Below are positions 10,205 through 21,600 of a DNA stretch of 64,000 nucleotides, one piece after another (the first letter of the stretch is position 1; each line of letters begins with the position of its first letter). Origin of the DNA: Sphingomonadales bacterium (GTDB lineage: Bacteria > Pseudomonadota > Alphaproteobacteria > Sphingomonadales > Sphingomonadaceae). The notes beneath the pieces were generated by a model. It did no database searches and was not told the DNA's origin. It saw only the letters and a list, made by a program, of their open reading frames with translations. The position numbers and the translations under genes are program-made. The stretch spans positions 16,102-80,101 of the forward strand of contig JAGWMZ010000019.1 of assembly GCA_028871475.1 (NCBI GenBank), given 5' to 3'.

Positions 10205-11476
10205 TTATGCGACGCGCGGCGCCAGATGCCACTGAGGCGGCGTTTCCCGTTGCCCCAATCGGGCCGCCTCCGTCTGGATATAATCGCGCGTCATGGGAAG
10301 AACGCCCTGCCGCTTGACGCTCTGGATATGGAAATTAACGAGGCGGTCATTGCGGAAAGCCTGCTCGGCGCCAGCCAGATAGAACTGCCACATGCGCAGC
10401 AGTTCGGCATCGTAAAGGCGGGTGATCTCCTCGCCATGCAGCGTCGTGCGCCGATACCATTCGGCCAACGTTTCGGCATAATGATAGCGCAGGATCTCGA
10501 CGTCACCCAATTGCCAGCCCGTCCGCTCGATCGGGCGGATGAGTTCGCTCATGGCCGGGATATAGCCGCCCGGGAAGATGTATTTCCGGGTCCAGGCGTC
10601 GGTAAAGCCCGGCCCGTCGGTGCGTCCAATGGTGTGGGTGAGCATGATGCCATCATCATGCAGCCGGTCAAAAGTATGCTTGAAATATTCGCCGAAATGG
10701 CGAGCACCGACATGTTCAATCATGCCCACGCTGGTGATGCGGTCGAAGCGCTCCGTCAGGTCGCGGTAATCGACCAACTGGAATTTGACCTTGTCGGCAA
10801 CGCCGGCGGCGGCGGCTCGCTCATTGGCGAATTGCACCTGGTCGGGCGCCAGCGAGATGCCCAGCACCTCGCATCCATAGTGGCGGTTGAGATAGAGCCC
10901 CAGGCCGCCCCAGCCACAGCCAATGTCCAGCACGCGCATGCCGCTGGCGTCGGCGGGCATGTGCAGCTTGGCCGCAATCAGGGCCTTCTTCTCAAGCTGG
11001 GCGCGTTCCAGCGTAGCCTTGCCATCGGCAAAATACGCCATGGTGTATTGGCGGTCCTCGTCGAGGAACAGTTCATAGAACTGCCGGTCGAGGTCGTAAT
11101 GGTGCTTGACGTTCTTGCTGGACCGCGCGCGATAGTTGAACTGGTCGGCCCACCAGCCCAGCTTGTCGAACAGAAGGCGCATCTTGCTGCGCGCCTCGAT
11201 CCCTTCGCTGGCATGGCTGGCCTGTGCCGTGATCATCAGGACCAGATCGCGGATGTCATGCGGTGCCTCGACCACCAGCCAACCGCGCATATAGGCCTCA
11301 CCGGCACCGAGTGCGGGATAGCGCGCAATGTGCATGGCGGTGCGCTTATCGGTAAAGCGCAGATGGATGCGGGCCTGCTCGCCTTGGCCGTAGTTATAGA
11401 CGCGCCCGTCCGCATCGGTGATGGTCAATCGACCGGAGCGAACCACCTTGCGCAGGAAACGGTCAAGCAACCACAT
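10205..11476 (-). CDS. cfa: cyclopropane-fatty-acyl-phospholipid synthase (SAM-dependent methyltransferase)
   Basis: 423 aa with the SAM-binding motif VLDIGCGWGGLG and HYDL..FYELFLD typical of the CFA/mycolic acid synthase family. Confidence 0.88.
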   Translation of the reverse strand: MWLLDRFLRKVVRSGRLTITDADGRVYNYGQGEQARIHLRFTDKRTAMHIARYPALGAGEAYMRGWLVVEAPHDIRDLVLMITAQASHASEGIEARSKMRLLFDKLGWWADQFNYRARSSKNVKHHYDLDRQFYELFLDEDRQYTMAYFADGKATLERAQLEKKALIAAKLHMPADASGMRVLDIGCGWGGLGLYLNRHYGCEVLGISLAPDQVQFANERAAAAGVADKVKFQLVDYRDLTERFDRITSVGMIEHVGARHFGEYFKHTFDRLHDDGIMLTHTIGRTDGPGFTDAWTRKYIFPGGYIPAMSELIRPIERTGWQLGDVEILRYHYAETLAEWYRRTTLHGEEITRLYDAELLRMWQFYLAGAEQAFRNDRLVNFHIQSVKRQGVLPMTRDYIQTEAARLGQRETPPQWHLAPRVA

Positions 11477-11505
11477 GAGGACCCTCGTTCAAGCCAGCAA
11501 AAGTT

Positions 11506-11531
11506 AACGCATAAAGGAACTGATTGGTTCC
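11506..11531 (-). promoter_or_regulatory. ECF (EcfG-type general stress) sigma promoter-like motif upstream of cfa
   Basis: On the minus strand the sequence reads GGAAC-N17-CGTT (GGAACcaatcagttcctttatgCGTT). It ends about 30 nt upstream of the cfa ATG. Confidence 0.4.
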
Positions 11532-11668
11532 AAGGAGAATTTCATCCTATACCTTGGTCGCACAACGTATGCCTGCTTTCGCCCTGCCTTGTCAGACCTT
11601 TACGCCATGCCTTGTATTACCCCTTATATCAGCATCTTGATCCGGGCACACGAAGCGCCCCTTCTCCC

Positions 11669-13066
11669 TTACCCTTCGTTCAAAACTGAGGTGCGGAACG
11701 AATAGGTAAAATAGATCAAGCTCGCCACCACGATCCAGACCGCGAACATGAGATAGGTATCGGCTGGCAACCCCGAAATAAGATACAGACAAAAAGCAAC
11801 GCTGGCGACCGGCAAAACGGGATAGAGCGGCACCTTGTAACTGCGCTGCAGGTCCGGTCTCGCCCGGCGCAGCAGAATGACACCGAGCGAAACTGCGGCA
11901 AAGGCGATCAAGGTGCCCATGCTGGTGAGATTGACCAGCACGTCGAGTGGTACGAGCGCCGCCAACAGCGCAACGCCCCCCGAAACGACCCAGGTGTTGA
12001 GGCGAGGCACCCGCTGCTTCTCGTCGACCGTCTGGAACAAGCGGGGCAGCAGGCCGTCACGGCTCATGGCGTAAAGGATGCGGGTCTGGCCATAGAGCGT
12101 GGTGAGCAGCACGCTGAAAATCGAGGCGAGCGCGCCGGCCGAAATCACCACCGCAGGCCAGCCGGCACCGGTCAGATTATGCAGGATAACGGCAAGCCCC
12201 GCCTCTTGTCCGGCAAACTCCGTCCAGCTTTGGGCACCAATGGCGGCCAGAGCCACGAGGATATAGGCCGCCGTCACGATAGCCAGCGACAGAATGATGG
12301 CCAAAGGCAGGTTACGGCGCGGATTTTCCACCTCGTCGCCTGCAGTCGCCACTGTATCGATGCCGATGTAGGAGAAGAAGATCGAGGAGGCTGCCGTGCC
12401 GATGCCGGCCATGCCCTTGGGCGTGAAGGGGTGCAGATGTGCAGGATCGAAATGCATCAGGGCGATGCCCACGAACAGCACCAGCACCAACAGTTTGGCA
12501 GCCACCAGCACCGTATTGGCCAAAACCGACTCCTTGGCCCCCCGCAGCAGCAGGATCAGGCACATGGTAACCAGAAACACCGCGGGCAGATTGACAACGC
12601 CGCCAGCTCCGGGCGGGTTGGCTATGGCTGCCGGCAAGCGCCAGCCAATCGTATCGGCCAGCAATTCATTGAGATACTGCCCCCAGCCGACCGCGATCGC
12701 CGAAGCCGACACGCCATATTCCAGCAAAAGGCAGGCGCCGATCAGAAAGGCGGGCAGTTCACCAAGCGTGGCATAGGCATAAGAATAAGATGAGCCAGTC
12801 GCAGGAACGGCAGAGGCAAGCTCCGCGTAACAGAGCGCCGTCAAGGCCGCCGTGATGCCGGCCAGCACGAAGGACACCAGCACCGCAGGTCCCGCCTCGG
12901 GAACAGCGGCGGTCAGGGCCACGAAAATACCCGTGCCGATTGTCGCCCCGACCCCCAGCATGGTAAGGTGCAGCAGACCGAACCGCCGGGCCAGCCGTGG
13001 CTGATCGCCCTCCTCATCATCCTCAAAGAAGCCGGTGATCGGTTTGGCGCGCACCAGAGCCGTCAT
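11669..13066 (-). CDS. APC-superfamily amino acid permease (cationic amino acid transporter-like)
   Basis: About 12 predicted TM helices and the motif GVGATIGTGIFV. The ATG at 13066 (MTALVRAKPI...) is preferred over the longer track ORF, whose extension has no support. Confidence 0.85.
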   Translation of the reverse strand: MTALVRAKPITGFFEDDEEGDQPRLARRFGLLHLTMLGVGATIGTGIFVALTAAVPEAGPAVLVSFVLAGITAALTALCYAELASAVPATGSSYSYAYATLGELPAFLIGACLLLEYGVSASAIAVGWGQYLNELLADTIGWRLPAAIANPPGAGGVVNLPAVFLVTMCLILLLRGAKESVLANTVLVAAKLLVLVLFVGIALMHFDPAHLHPFTPKGMAGIGTAASSIFFSYIGIDTVATAGDEVENPRRNLPLAIILSLAIVTAAYILVALAAIGAQSWTEFAGQEAGLAVILHNLTGAGWPAVVISAGALASIFSVLLTTLYGQTRILYAMSRDGLLPRLFQTVDEKQRVPRLNTWVVSGGVALLAALVPLDVLVNLTSMGTLIAFAAVSLGVILLRRARPDLQRSYKVPLYPVLPVASVAFCLYLISGLPADTYLMFAVWIVVASLIYFTYSFRTSVLNEG

Positions 13067-13487
13067 GAACGAAGCGACTGACAAAACTTCATACCCCAAT
13101 CGAAACTTTCCAGCCTCCCCGTCGCATGCGGGCGATTGGAGGGCAAGGGGGCGATTCGCGCGCCCAAGCGTGACCCGCCATAGCTGCCAGCGCATACTGC
13201 ATCCGGCATCGCATTCACGATTTCCGCGCCATGTCTGAGGGTTGGTAGCAATGTTGCATGCATTTCGGGGCGAATTTTCTGTGCCTCCACACCCTCGATT
13301 GTTTCACGCCCACGCCTGCTGCACCCATGGTTGAACCTGCGTGCGCCTTAGCCTATATGCGTCATATGCCCCGGCCGCGCGGCGGTGTCGTTTTCTGCGC
13401 GACACAGCCTCGCGCCGGGGCTCTCCATTTTGGGGCGTTCATGCGCTCCGCTCGTCTGACGCTGTTGAATTGATGAAGGATTTGCCC

Positions 13488-14273
13488 ATGTCCCGTCGCC
13501 GCCAGATCTACGAAGGCAAGGCCAAGATCCTTTATGAAGGCCCCGAGCCCGGTACCATCATCCAGTATTTCAAGGATGATGCCACCGCCTTCAACGCTCA
13601 GAAGAAGGGCACCATCAACGGCAAGGGCGTGATCAACAACCGCATCAGCGAGTATGTTTTCACCCGCCTGAACCACATCGGCATCCCCACCCATTTCATC
13701 AAGCGCCTCAACATGCGCGAGCAGCTCGTCCGCCAGGTCGAGATCATCCCCATCGAGGTGGTGGTGCGCAATGTGGCCGCCGGCTCGATCAGCAAGCGCC
13801 TGGGCATCCCCGAGGGCGAGCCCCTGCCCCACACGCTGATCGAATATTATTACAAGGACGATGCGCTGGGCGATCCGATGATCGCCGAAGAGCATATCGC
13901 GGCCTTTGGCTGGGCCACCAATGAGGAGATGCACGACATTTCCAGCATGGCCATCCGCGTGAACGACTTCATGTCGGGCATGTTCGCTGCCATCAACATC
14001 CGCCTGATCGACTTCAAGCTGGAATTCGGCCGCATCTGGGATGGCGATTACAGCCGCGTGATCCTGGCCGACGAAATCAGCCCCGATGGTTGCCGCCTGT
14101 GGGACATGGTGACCGGCGAGAAGCTCGACAAGGACCGCTTCCGTCGCGATCTGGGTGGCGAGGAAGAGGCCTATCAGGAGGTTGCGCGTCGCCTCGGCCT
14201 GCTGGAAAACGAGAACAACGGCCCTTCGGAAGTCTTCGACCTGTCGGTCCATCGCAAGCTGCGGGGCAAGTAA
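13488..14273 (+). CDS. purC: phosphoribosylaminoimidazole-succinocarboxamide (SAICAR) synthase
   Basis: Begins [22 protein letters not shown], the canonical PurC N-terminus. About 261 aa. ATG verified at 13488. Confidence 0.95.
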   Translation: MSRRRQIYEGKAKILYEGPEPGTIIQYFKDDATAFNAQKKGTINGKGVINNRISEYVFTRLNHIGIPTHFIKRLNMREQLVRQVEIIPIEVVVRNVAAGSISKRLGIPEGEPLPHTLIEYYYKDDALGDPMIAEEHIAAFGWATNEEMHDISSMAIRVNDFMSGMFAAINIRLIDFKLEFGRIWDGDYSRVILADEISPDGCRLWDMVTGEKLDKDRFRRDLGGEEEAYQEVARRLGLLENENNGPSEVFDLSVHRKLRGK

Positions 14274-14355
14274 GCTGAACCATACGTCGTCGCGCTCGCT
14301 TCGGGTTTCCGCTCTGTCTCTTCGCACCGTGCTGCTGGTCGCCTGTGCCGGCAGC

Positions 14356-17196
14356 ATGATGTTTGCCCCCGTCGTCGGGGCACGGGAGGTCAGGAACAAG
14401 CCTGCAGCCAGCGCGGCGGCGATACCTTTGGCCACAAGCCCCGACTGGGCCTTTGCCAAGAGCGATGTGCCGCTCGACCCGGCCTATCACTTTGGTCGTC
14501 TGCCCAATGGCATGCGTTACATCATCCGGCCCAATGCCACGCCCAAGGGGGAAGTGTCGATTCGGATGGAGGTGGCGGCAGGATCGCTCGATGAGAGTGA
14601 TGCCGAGCGCGGCTATGCCCATTTTGTCGAACATATGGCCTTTCAGGGCTCGACCCATGTTCCCTCGGGTGAGATGGTGCGCGAACTGGAACGGCTAGGA
14701 CTGGCCTTTGGCGCAGACACCAACGCGCAAACTTCCTTCGACCGCACGACCTATCTCTTCGACCTGCCCCGCAACGATCCCGCGCTGATCGACAAGGCGC
14801 TGATGCTGATGCGGGAAACGGCCAGTGAACTGACCTTCCCCACGGCTGAAACCGCGCGCGAACGCGGCGTGGTGCTGGCCGAAAAGCGCGATCGCAACAG
14901 CTGGGCCTATCGGGCGCTGGAAAACCGGCTTGATTTCCTGGCTCCCGGCGCCCGCTATGTGCAACGCATGCCCATCGGCACCGACGCCACGCTCAATGCC
15001 GCCACGCCAGCGGCGCTGCGGGCATTCTGGGCCCGCAATTACGTGCCGCAAAAGACAACCGTGATCGTGGTGGGTGACATGAACCCCGACGCCGTGGAGG
15101 CGATGATCAAGGTACATTTTGCCAGCTGGAAGCAAAAGCCGTCACCATTGGCGGCCAAAGGCGGCCCGATCGACCTGGCGAACAAGGGCAAGACCTCGAT
15201 CTACATTGATGCGGCCAGCCCGGAACACATCACCATCAGCCGCGAGGGAAGCTGGCCCGTCGAGCCCGACACGATGGCCCAGCGCGACCTCGACCAACTG
15301 CGCTCGATCGGCTATTCGATCATCATGCGCCGCCTGCAGAAGCTGGCAACACAGGCCCAGCCCCCTTTCCGTGCCGCCAGCTATGGCACGTCGGGCATGC
15401 AAAAGGCCGGTCGCATGACCAGTCTGATCGTGGAAACCGACACGGGCAAGTGGCGCGAAGGATTGATGGCCGCCGCCGTCACGGTGCGTCGCGCGCTTGA
15501 GCAGGGCTTTACCGAGCAGGAAGTGGCCCAGCAGGTTGCCAATCTGAAGACCAACGCCGAACATGCCGCCACCGCGCAGGCCACGCGTTCCACTGCGGCC
15601 CTGCTGGGCGCCTCCTTTGCCTTGCTGCGCGAGGATGAAGTGCCCTCGATGCCGACCACTGACTGGGGGCGCATCGAGAAGCTCATCCCGCGCATCACGC
15701 CAGCCTCGGTCCTCGCCGCGCTCAAAAGCGAGATCGTCCCGCTCGATGAGCCGCTCATCCGCTTCGAGGCACCGCTTCAGCCGGATGGCGGGGCCCCGGC
15801 CCTGCGCGCTGCATGGGAGGCGGCCAATAAGGCACCTCTCACGGTCGAGGCTCTCGAACAGCTCAAGCCCTTCGCCTATACCAATTTCGGGCCGGCGGGC
15901 AAAGTCGTCGCCGACAGGCGTGAGCCTTTGCGCGGCATTCGGGAAGTCCGCTTTGCCAATGGAGTACGACTCAACATCAAGCATACCGACCTGGCCAAGG
16001 ACCAGGTGCAGGTCACCATGTCGCTGGATGGCGGATTGATGCTGGCAACAAAGGGCAATCCGCTGGCCGTGGCCATGACCAGCGCCCTGCCTGCCGGCGG
16101 TCTGGGACAGCAAAGTCGCGATGATTTGCGTTCAGTACTGGCCGGCCATTCCTATGGCTTCACACTGGGCACGGGCGGCGATACTTTTGTGAGCACTGGC
16201 GCGGTGTTACCTGCTGACCTTGACCTTCAGCTTGAACTGATGACGGCGCTCATCACCGATCCGGGCTACCGTCCCGAAGGCGAAGTGCTTTACCGGCAGG
16301 CAGTCGATACCATGTTCGCCCAGCGTCGCGCCACGCCGGGGGCGGCTCTCGTCGATGTGCTGGGCGGCATTCTGTCCGATGGTGATCCACGCTTTACCCG
16401 GCAACCGATCGAATCCTATCGTGGGCAGAATTTCACCAAGCTCAAACAGGCTATCGGTGACCGGCTGGCTCATGGTGCCATCGAGGTGGGCATCGTGGGC
16501 GATGTCGACGAAGATAAGGCGATTGGCGCGGTGGCTCGCACACTCGGCGCCCTGCCGGCGCGGGAGGCGCAATTCCAGCCCTATGCCGATCGCCGCAGCC
16601 GCCCCTTTTCGATGAACCACACATTGCGGATCGTTCGCCATGATGGCGCCAAGGATCAGGCACTGGTCTATCTGGCCTGGCTGACGCGCGACGATGAGGA
16701 TCCGCAGGAAAAGCAGGTTCTGAACATGCTCGACCGGGTCGTCCGCATCGAATTGACCGAAACGCTGAGGCAGAAACTGGGTAAGGCCTATTCCCCCGGC
16801 GCGGGCAGCGAAACATCACGCACCTACAAAGGCTTTGGCCTTTTCACCATCAACGCATCGGTCGACGTGAAGGATGTGCCCGCCACGCGCGATGCCATTC
16901 GCGAAACGCTGGCCAACCTGCGCGAGCATGGGGTCAGCGATGACGTGTTCCAGCGTGCGCGTGCGCCCCTGGCCGAAGCTTTTGACAATGCACTCAAAAG
17001 CAACAATGGCTGGATGGCACTGACCATGCGTGCGCAGAGCGAGCCCGAGCATATCGAACGCAACGCCCATGCCAAGGACAGGCTGATGGCGGTCACTCCG
17101 GTGCAGGTTCAAAGGGCAGCGCAGCACTATCTGACCGATGCCCTGGCGGTCGAAACGGTGGTTTTACCCGAAGGCGTCGCTCTGCCTAAATCCTGA
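14356..17196 (+). CDS. M16-family (pitrilysin/insulinase-like) zinc peptidase, two-unit PqqL-like
   Basis: Inverted zinc motif HFVEHMAFQG (HxxEH) and about 950 aa with a duplicated M16 architecture. The start is uncertain: the first ATG is 14356, and GTG at 14329 would add a hydrophobic signal-like segment. Confidence 0.85.
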   Translation: MMFAPVVGAREVRNKPAASAAAIPLATSPDWAFAKSDVPLDPAYHFGRLPNGMRYIIRPNATPKGEVSIRMEVAAGSLDESDAERGYAHFVEHMAFQGSTHVPSGEMVRELERLGLAFGADTNAQTSFDRTTYLFDLPRNDPALIDKALMLMRETASELTFPTAETARERGVVLAEKRDRNSWAYRALENRLDFLAPGARYVQRMPIGTDATLNAATPAALRAFWARNYVPQKTTVIVVGDMNPDAVEAMIKVHFASWKQKPSPLAAKGGPIDLANKGKTSIYIDAASPEHITISREGSWPVEPDTMAQRDLDQLRSIGYSIIMRRLQKLATQAQPPFRAASYGTSGMQKAGRMTSLIVETDTGKWREGLMAAAVTVRRALEQGFTEQEVAQQVANLKTNAEHAATAQATRSTAALLGASFALLREDEVPSMPTTDWGRIEKLIPRITPASVLAALKSEIVPLDEPLIRFEAPLQPDGGAPALRAAWEAANKAPLTVEALEQLKPFAYTNFGPAGKVVADRREPLRGIREVRFANGVRLNIKHTDLAKDQVQVTMSLDGGLMLATKGNPLAVAMTSALPAGGLGQQSRDDLRSVLAGHSYGFTLGTGGDTFVSTGAVLPADLDLQLELMTALITDPGYRPEGEVLYRQAVDTMFAQRRATPGAALVDVLGGILSDGDPRFTRQPIESYRGQNFTKLKQAIGDRLAHGAIEVGIVGDVDEDKAIGAVARTLGALPAREAQFQPYADRRSRPFSMNHTLRIVRHDGAKDQALVYLAWLTRDDEDPQEKQVLNMLDRVVRIELTETLRQKLGKAYSPGAGSETSRTYKGFGLFTINASVDVKDVPATRDAIRETLANLREHGVSDDVFQRARAPLAEAFDNALKSNNGWMALTMRAQSEPEHIERNAHAKDRLMAVTPVQVQRAAQHYLTDALAVETVVLPEGVALPKS

Positions 17197-17362
17197 CATC
17201 GCGCAATATTTATGCTTTTTTGCGCATGAAGGGGGGCTGGTCGACAGTTTTCCCAACTGTTCCGATTTCACCTGATTCGTTCGCGTAATAAATTGTCACC
17301 GACTTGCCAAGTGCGTGTCTTGACCTTGACTTGCCCCCCAAGGTCGACCGAAGACGCCGTTC

Positions 17363-18598
17363 ATGAGCCGTACAGTTTTGTCGCGCGCTTCGGCGTGTCA
17401 TTCCCTTTCCGCCCGTCAAGGCGCCCGCTTCTCCCGCGCCCTTATTTCGGCTGGGTTGGCGCTCACCCTGTCCATCTCGCTGGCCGCCTGCGGCAACAAG
17501 GACGACAAAAAGGGTGCCAAGGGACCGGCGGAAGTCGGCTATTGGGTGGCGACGGAAAGCCAGGTCCCCCTGGAGGTGGAACTGCCCGGACGCACGTCGG
17601 CCTATCGCATTTCGCAAGTGCGACCGCAGGTGTCGGGCGTCATCGAAAAGCGCCTGTTCGAGGAAGGCGCGATGGTCAGGGCCGGGCAGCCGCTCTATCA
17701 GATCGACGCCAGCCTGTACCGCGCCGCCGCCAATCAGGCCGCCGCCAATCTCAGTAGCGCGCAGGCAACGGCGGAGGCCACGAAAATCAAGGCGGACCGT
17801 TACAAGCCACTGGCCGCCAGCCAGGCCGTCGCCCAGCAGGATTACACCGATGCCGCCGCCGCCGCGCGCACAGCCGCAGCCGGCGTCGCCCAGACCAGGG
17901 CAGCGCTTGATACGGCTAGGATCAACCTGCGCTACACCACCGTGCCGGCGCCGCTCACTGGCCGCATCAGTCGCTCCGCCGTCACTGATGGCGCGCTGGT
18001 GACGGCCAATCAGGCCGATGCGCTGGCCACCATATCGGTTCTCGACCCGATCTATGTCGATATCCAGCAAAATGCGGCTGACATCATGAAGCTGCGTCAG
18101 GCGTTGGCCAGTGGAGGCATGCAGGCCAGGGAACCCAAGGTCTCGCTGACGCTTGATGATGGCACGCCCTATCCCCTGCCCGGCACACTGGAATTTTCCG
18201 AAGTGACGGTGGATGCGACAACCGGCACCGTTACCTTGCGGGCGCGCTTTCCCAATCCCCACAACCTGCTGCTGCCGGGCCTGTTCGTCCGTGCCCGGTT
18301 GAGCGAGGCTGTGCAGAGCAAGGTCGTACTGGTCCCGCAGGGCGCGCTGACCCGCGATCCGCGCGGCAATGCTACGGTCTATCTGGTCAGCGCCGATGGC
18401 AAGGCCATCGCACATCCCGTGATCGCCGCGCGCACCATGGGCGACAAATGGGTGGTAACGCAGGGGCTCAAGGCCGGCGACAAGGTCATCACCCAGGGCA
18501 TCGGCCTGCTTCAGCCGGGCAAGTCGGTGAAGGCTGTGCCAGAAAACACGAAACAGACCTACCGGCTTGGTGATGGCGCCAAGAGCGCGGCGAAGTAA
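17363..18598 (+). CDS. RND efflux periplasmic adaptor (AcrA/MexA family membrane fusion protein)
   Basis: Lipoprotein signal (LSISLAAC), a coiled-coil hairpin region, and motifs such as YQID..LY and INLRYT..AP..G. Confidence 0.9.
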   Translation: MSRTVLSRASACHSLSARQGARFSRALISAGLALTLSISLAACGNKDDKKGAKGPAEVGYWVATESQVPLEVELPGRTSAYRISQVRPQVSGVIEKRLFEEGAMVRAGQPLYQIDASLYRAAANQAAANLSSAQATAEATKIKADRYKPLAASQAVAQQDYTDAAAAARTAAAGVAQTRAALDTARINLRYTTVPAPLTGRISRSAVTDGALVTANQADALATISVLDPIYVDIQQNAADIMKLRQALASGGMQAREPKVSLTLDDGTPYPLPGTLEFSEVTVDATTGTVTLRARFPNPHNLLLPGLFVRARLSEAVQSKVVLVPQGALTRDPRGNATVYLVSADGKAIAHPVIAARTMGDKWVVTQGLKAGDKVITQGIGLLQPGKSVKAVPENTKQTYRLGDGAKSAAK

Positions 18599-18604
18599 AC
18601 GGCC

Positions 18605-21600
18605 ATGTCACGCATCTTCATCGACCGGCCCATTTTCGCCTGGGTCATTGCCATCATCACCATGATGATCGGCGTGGGCGCCTTGCTGAACCTTCCCGTG
18701 CAGCAGTTTCCCGACATTGCCCCGCCGCAGGTGAACATCAACGCCACCTATCCGGGCGCATCGGCCGCGACGCTGGAAAGCAGCGTGACGCAGATCATCG
18801 AACAGCAGCTGACGGGGCTTGATGGACTGCTCTATTTCAGCGCCACATCCAGTTCGGCGGGCACGGTGGGCATCACCGCCACCTTCGCGAAGGGCACCAA
18901 TCCCGACATCGCGCAGGTGCAGGTGCAGAACAAGGTGCAGCAGGCCCTTTCGCGCCTGCCCGCCGCCGTGCAGGCGCAGGGCATTCGTGTCACCAAGTCC
19001 AACCCTGACTTCCTGATGATCGCGGCCTTCTACGACGAGACCGACAAGGCGACCAACATCGACGTGTCGGATTTCATGGTCAGCCATATGCAGGAGCCGA
19101 TCGGCCGTATTCCCGGCGTAGGGCAGACCAATGTGTTCGGCTCGCAATATGCGATGCGCATCTGGCTCGATCCGAACAAGCTGGCCAGCTATGCGCTGAT
19201 GCCCAGCGACGTGATCAGCGCGATCACCGCGCAGAACGCCGAAGTCGCCGCCGGCGAAGTGGGCGCGGTGCCCAGTCCCGCCGGCCAGATGCTTGATGCG
19301 ACGGTGACCGCGCAAACGCGCCTGCAGACGCCTGAGCAATTCGCCCAGATCGTCGTCAAGACGCAGCCCAATGGCGCCAATGTCCTGCTCAAGGATGTGG
19401 CCCGCATCGAACTGGGCGCGGAAACCTATGGCGTGTTCAGCCGTGTCAACGGGCATCCCGGCGCGGCGCTGGCGGTATCGCTGTCGCCGGGCGCGGACGC
19501 TTTGGCCACGGCGGAACTGGTGAAGGCTGAGTTCAAGCGGCAGGAGCATTCCTTCCCGCGCGGCTACAAATATGCCTTTGCCAATGACTCGACCCGCTTC
19601 ATCACCAAATCGGTCCATGACGTGGTGGAAACGCTGATCGAGGCCATCGCGCTGGTTGTGGTCGTCATGTTCGTCTTTCTGCAAAGCTGGCGCGCCACGC
19701 TGATCCCGGCGATTGCGGTGCCGGTGGTGCTGCTCGGCACCTTTGGCGTCTTTGCGGCCTTTGGCTATTCCATCAACACGCTGACCCTGTTCGGCATGGT
19801 GCTGGCCATCGGCCTGCTGGTCGATGATGCCATCGTTGTGGTGGAAAATGTCGAGCGCCTGATGGCCGAAAACCCCGGCATGAGCCCGCGTGATGCCACG
19901 ATCCAGTCGATGAAGGAAATCTCGGTCGCTCTGGTTGCCATCGCGCTGGTGCTGTCGGCGGTGTTCCTGCCCATGGCCTTTTTTGGTGGTTCAACGGGCG
20001 TCATCTACCGCCAGTTCTCGCTGACCATCGTGGCGGCCATGGCGCTGTCGGTGCTGGTGGCGCTCATTCTCTCGCCGGCCCTGACAGCAACCTTGCTCAC
20101 CCGGCCGGAGGATGAGAACGAGCACTCGCTGATCGGTCGCGCCAGCCACTGGATGCGCGTCAAGTTCGACAAATACTTTACCGGCCTGCTCGACTGGTAT
20201 CATCCGCGCGCCGCCTATGTGGCGACGCATAAGCGCATACCGATGATCGCCTATGCTCTCTCGCTCATCGCACTGGCATTCCTTTTTGCGCGGCTGCCCA
20301 CCGGCTTTCTGCCCAAGGAAGATCAGGGCTTTGGGCAGTTGAGCTTCCAGTTGCCATCCGGCGCCACGGTGGAGCGCACGCAGGCCGCCCAATTGGCGAT
20401 CGAGAAATATTTCCTCGAGCATGAGCCCAAGAATGTCGAAACCGTGCTCACCGTTGCGGGCGGTGGTGGCGGCGGATCGACCGGGCAGAATGCCGGACGC
20501 GGCTTTATCGCCATGGCTGATTGGGACAAGCGCCCGGGTGAGCAGAACACCGCCCAGGCGATCACCCAGCGCGCGACCAAGGCGCTCACCGGCTTCCGTG
20601 ACGTCGAATTCTACGCGCTCGAGCCCCCCATCGTACGCGGTCTCGGCCAGTCGACAGGCTTTACCGCCGAGTTGCAGAACACCGGCGGGATGAGCCGGGA
20701 GCAATTCGCGCAGGTCCGCGACCAGATCCTTGCCGATGCCCGCGCCGACACGCAGCTGGCCAATGTGCGCCTGACGAACCTGCCCGACCAGCCCACGCTG
20801 CGCATTACGACCGATACAGCCAAGCTGGCCACGCTGGGCCTGACGGCGGCCAGCGTGAATGCTACGCTGTCCACCGCCTGGGGCGGCACCTATGTCAATG
20901 ATTTCGTCGATCGTGACCGTGTGAAGCGCGTCTATGTTGAAGGCGATGGTCCGTTCCGTTCGCGGCCAGAGGATCTTTACGCCTGGCATGTGCGCGGATC
21001 GGGCGGTCAGATGGTCCCTTTCTCGACCTTTGCCACAGCGACCTGGGGTAAGGCGCCGACCTCGCTTCTGCGCTTCAACGCCATCTCCAGCTATGAATTT
21101 TCCGGCCAGCCCACGCCGGGTTATTCTTCCGGCGATGCGATGAACAGCTTTGCGGAGATTGCCGCCAAATATCCTGGCGTCGGGGTTTCCTGGTCGGGCA
21201 CCTCCTATCAGGAGCGTCTGTCGAACGGGCAGGCCCCGATCCTTTATGGCGTGTCGTTGATCGTGGTTTTTCTCTGCCTTGCGGCCCTTTATGAAAGCTG
21301 GAGCGTGCCGGTCGCTGTCCTCCTGGTCATTCCGCTCGGGCTCATTGGTGCGATAGTGGCGGTAAGTCTGCGCGGGCTGCAAAACGACGTTTATCTCCAG
21401 ATCGGCTTGACCACGACCATGGGGCTGGCGGCGAAGAACGCCATCCTCATGATCGAGTTCGCCGAGGCGGAGGTGCATAAAGGCGTCGGCATTCTCGACG
21501 CGGCCCTTTCCTCCGCCCGCATCCGCCTCAGGCCGATTTTGATGACATCCTGTGCCTTCATCTTCGGCGTTATGCCGCTGGCTCTGGCGCATGGCGCCGG

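Noticed and set aside
11516-11531. The palindrome GGAAC-N6-GTTCC upstream of cfa, considered as a LexA box.
   Set aside because: The alphaproteobacterial SOS box is a direct repeat with 7-nt spacing (GTTC-N7-GTTC). This one is inverted with 6-nt spacing. It is better explained as the -35 element of an ECF-type promoter.
9671-11689. 672-aa plus-strand ORF spanning the fumC and cfa loci.
   Set aside because: It runs antisense across two confidently identified genes and their intergenic region, and its composition is shadow-ORF-like.
13200-13487. A possible purine or ZTP riboswitch upstream of purC.
   Set aside because: By eye I could not find the conserved ZTP (pfl) or purine riboswitch cores or a matching pseudoknot and terminator. 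A covariance-model scan (Rfam/Infernal) would be decisive.
17210-18415. 401-aa minus-strand ORF.
   Set aside because: It is antisense to the RND adaptor gene, which has clear lipoprotein and MFP features.
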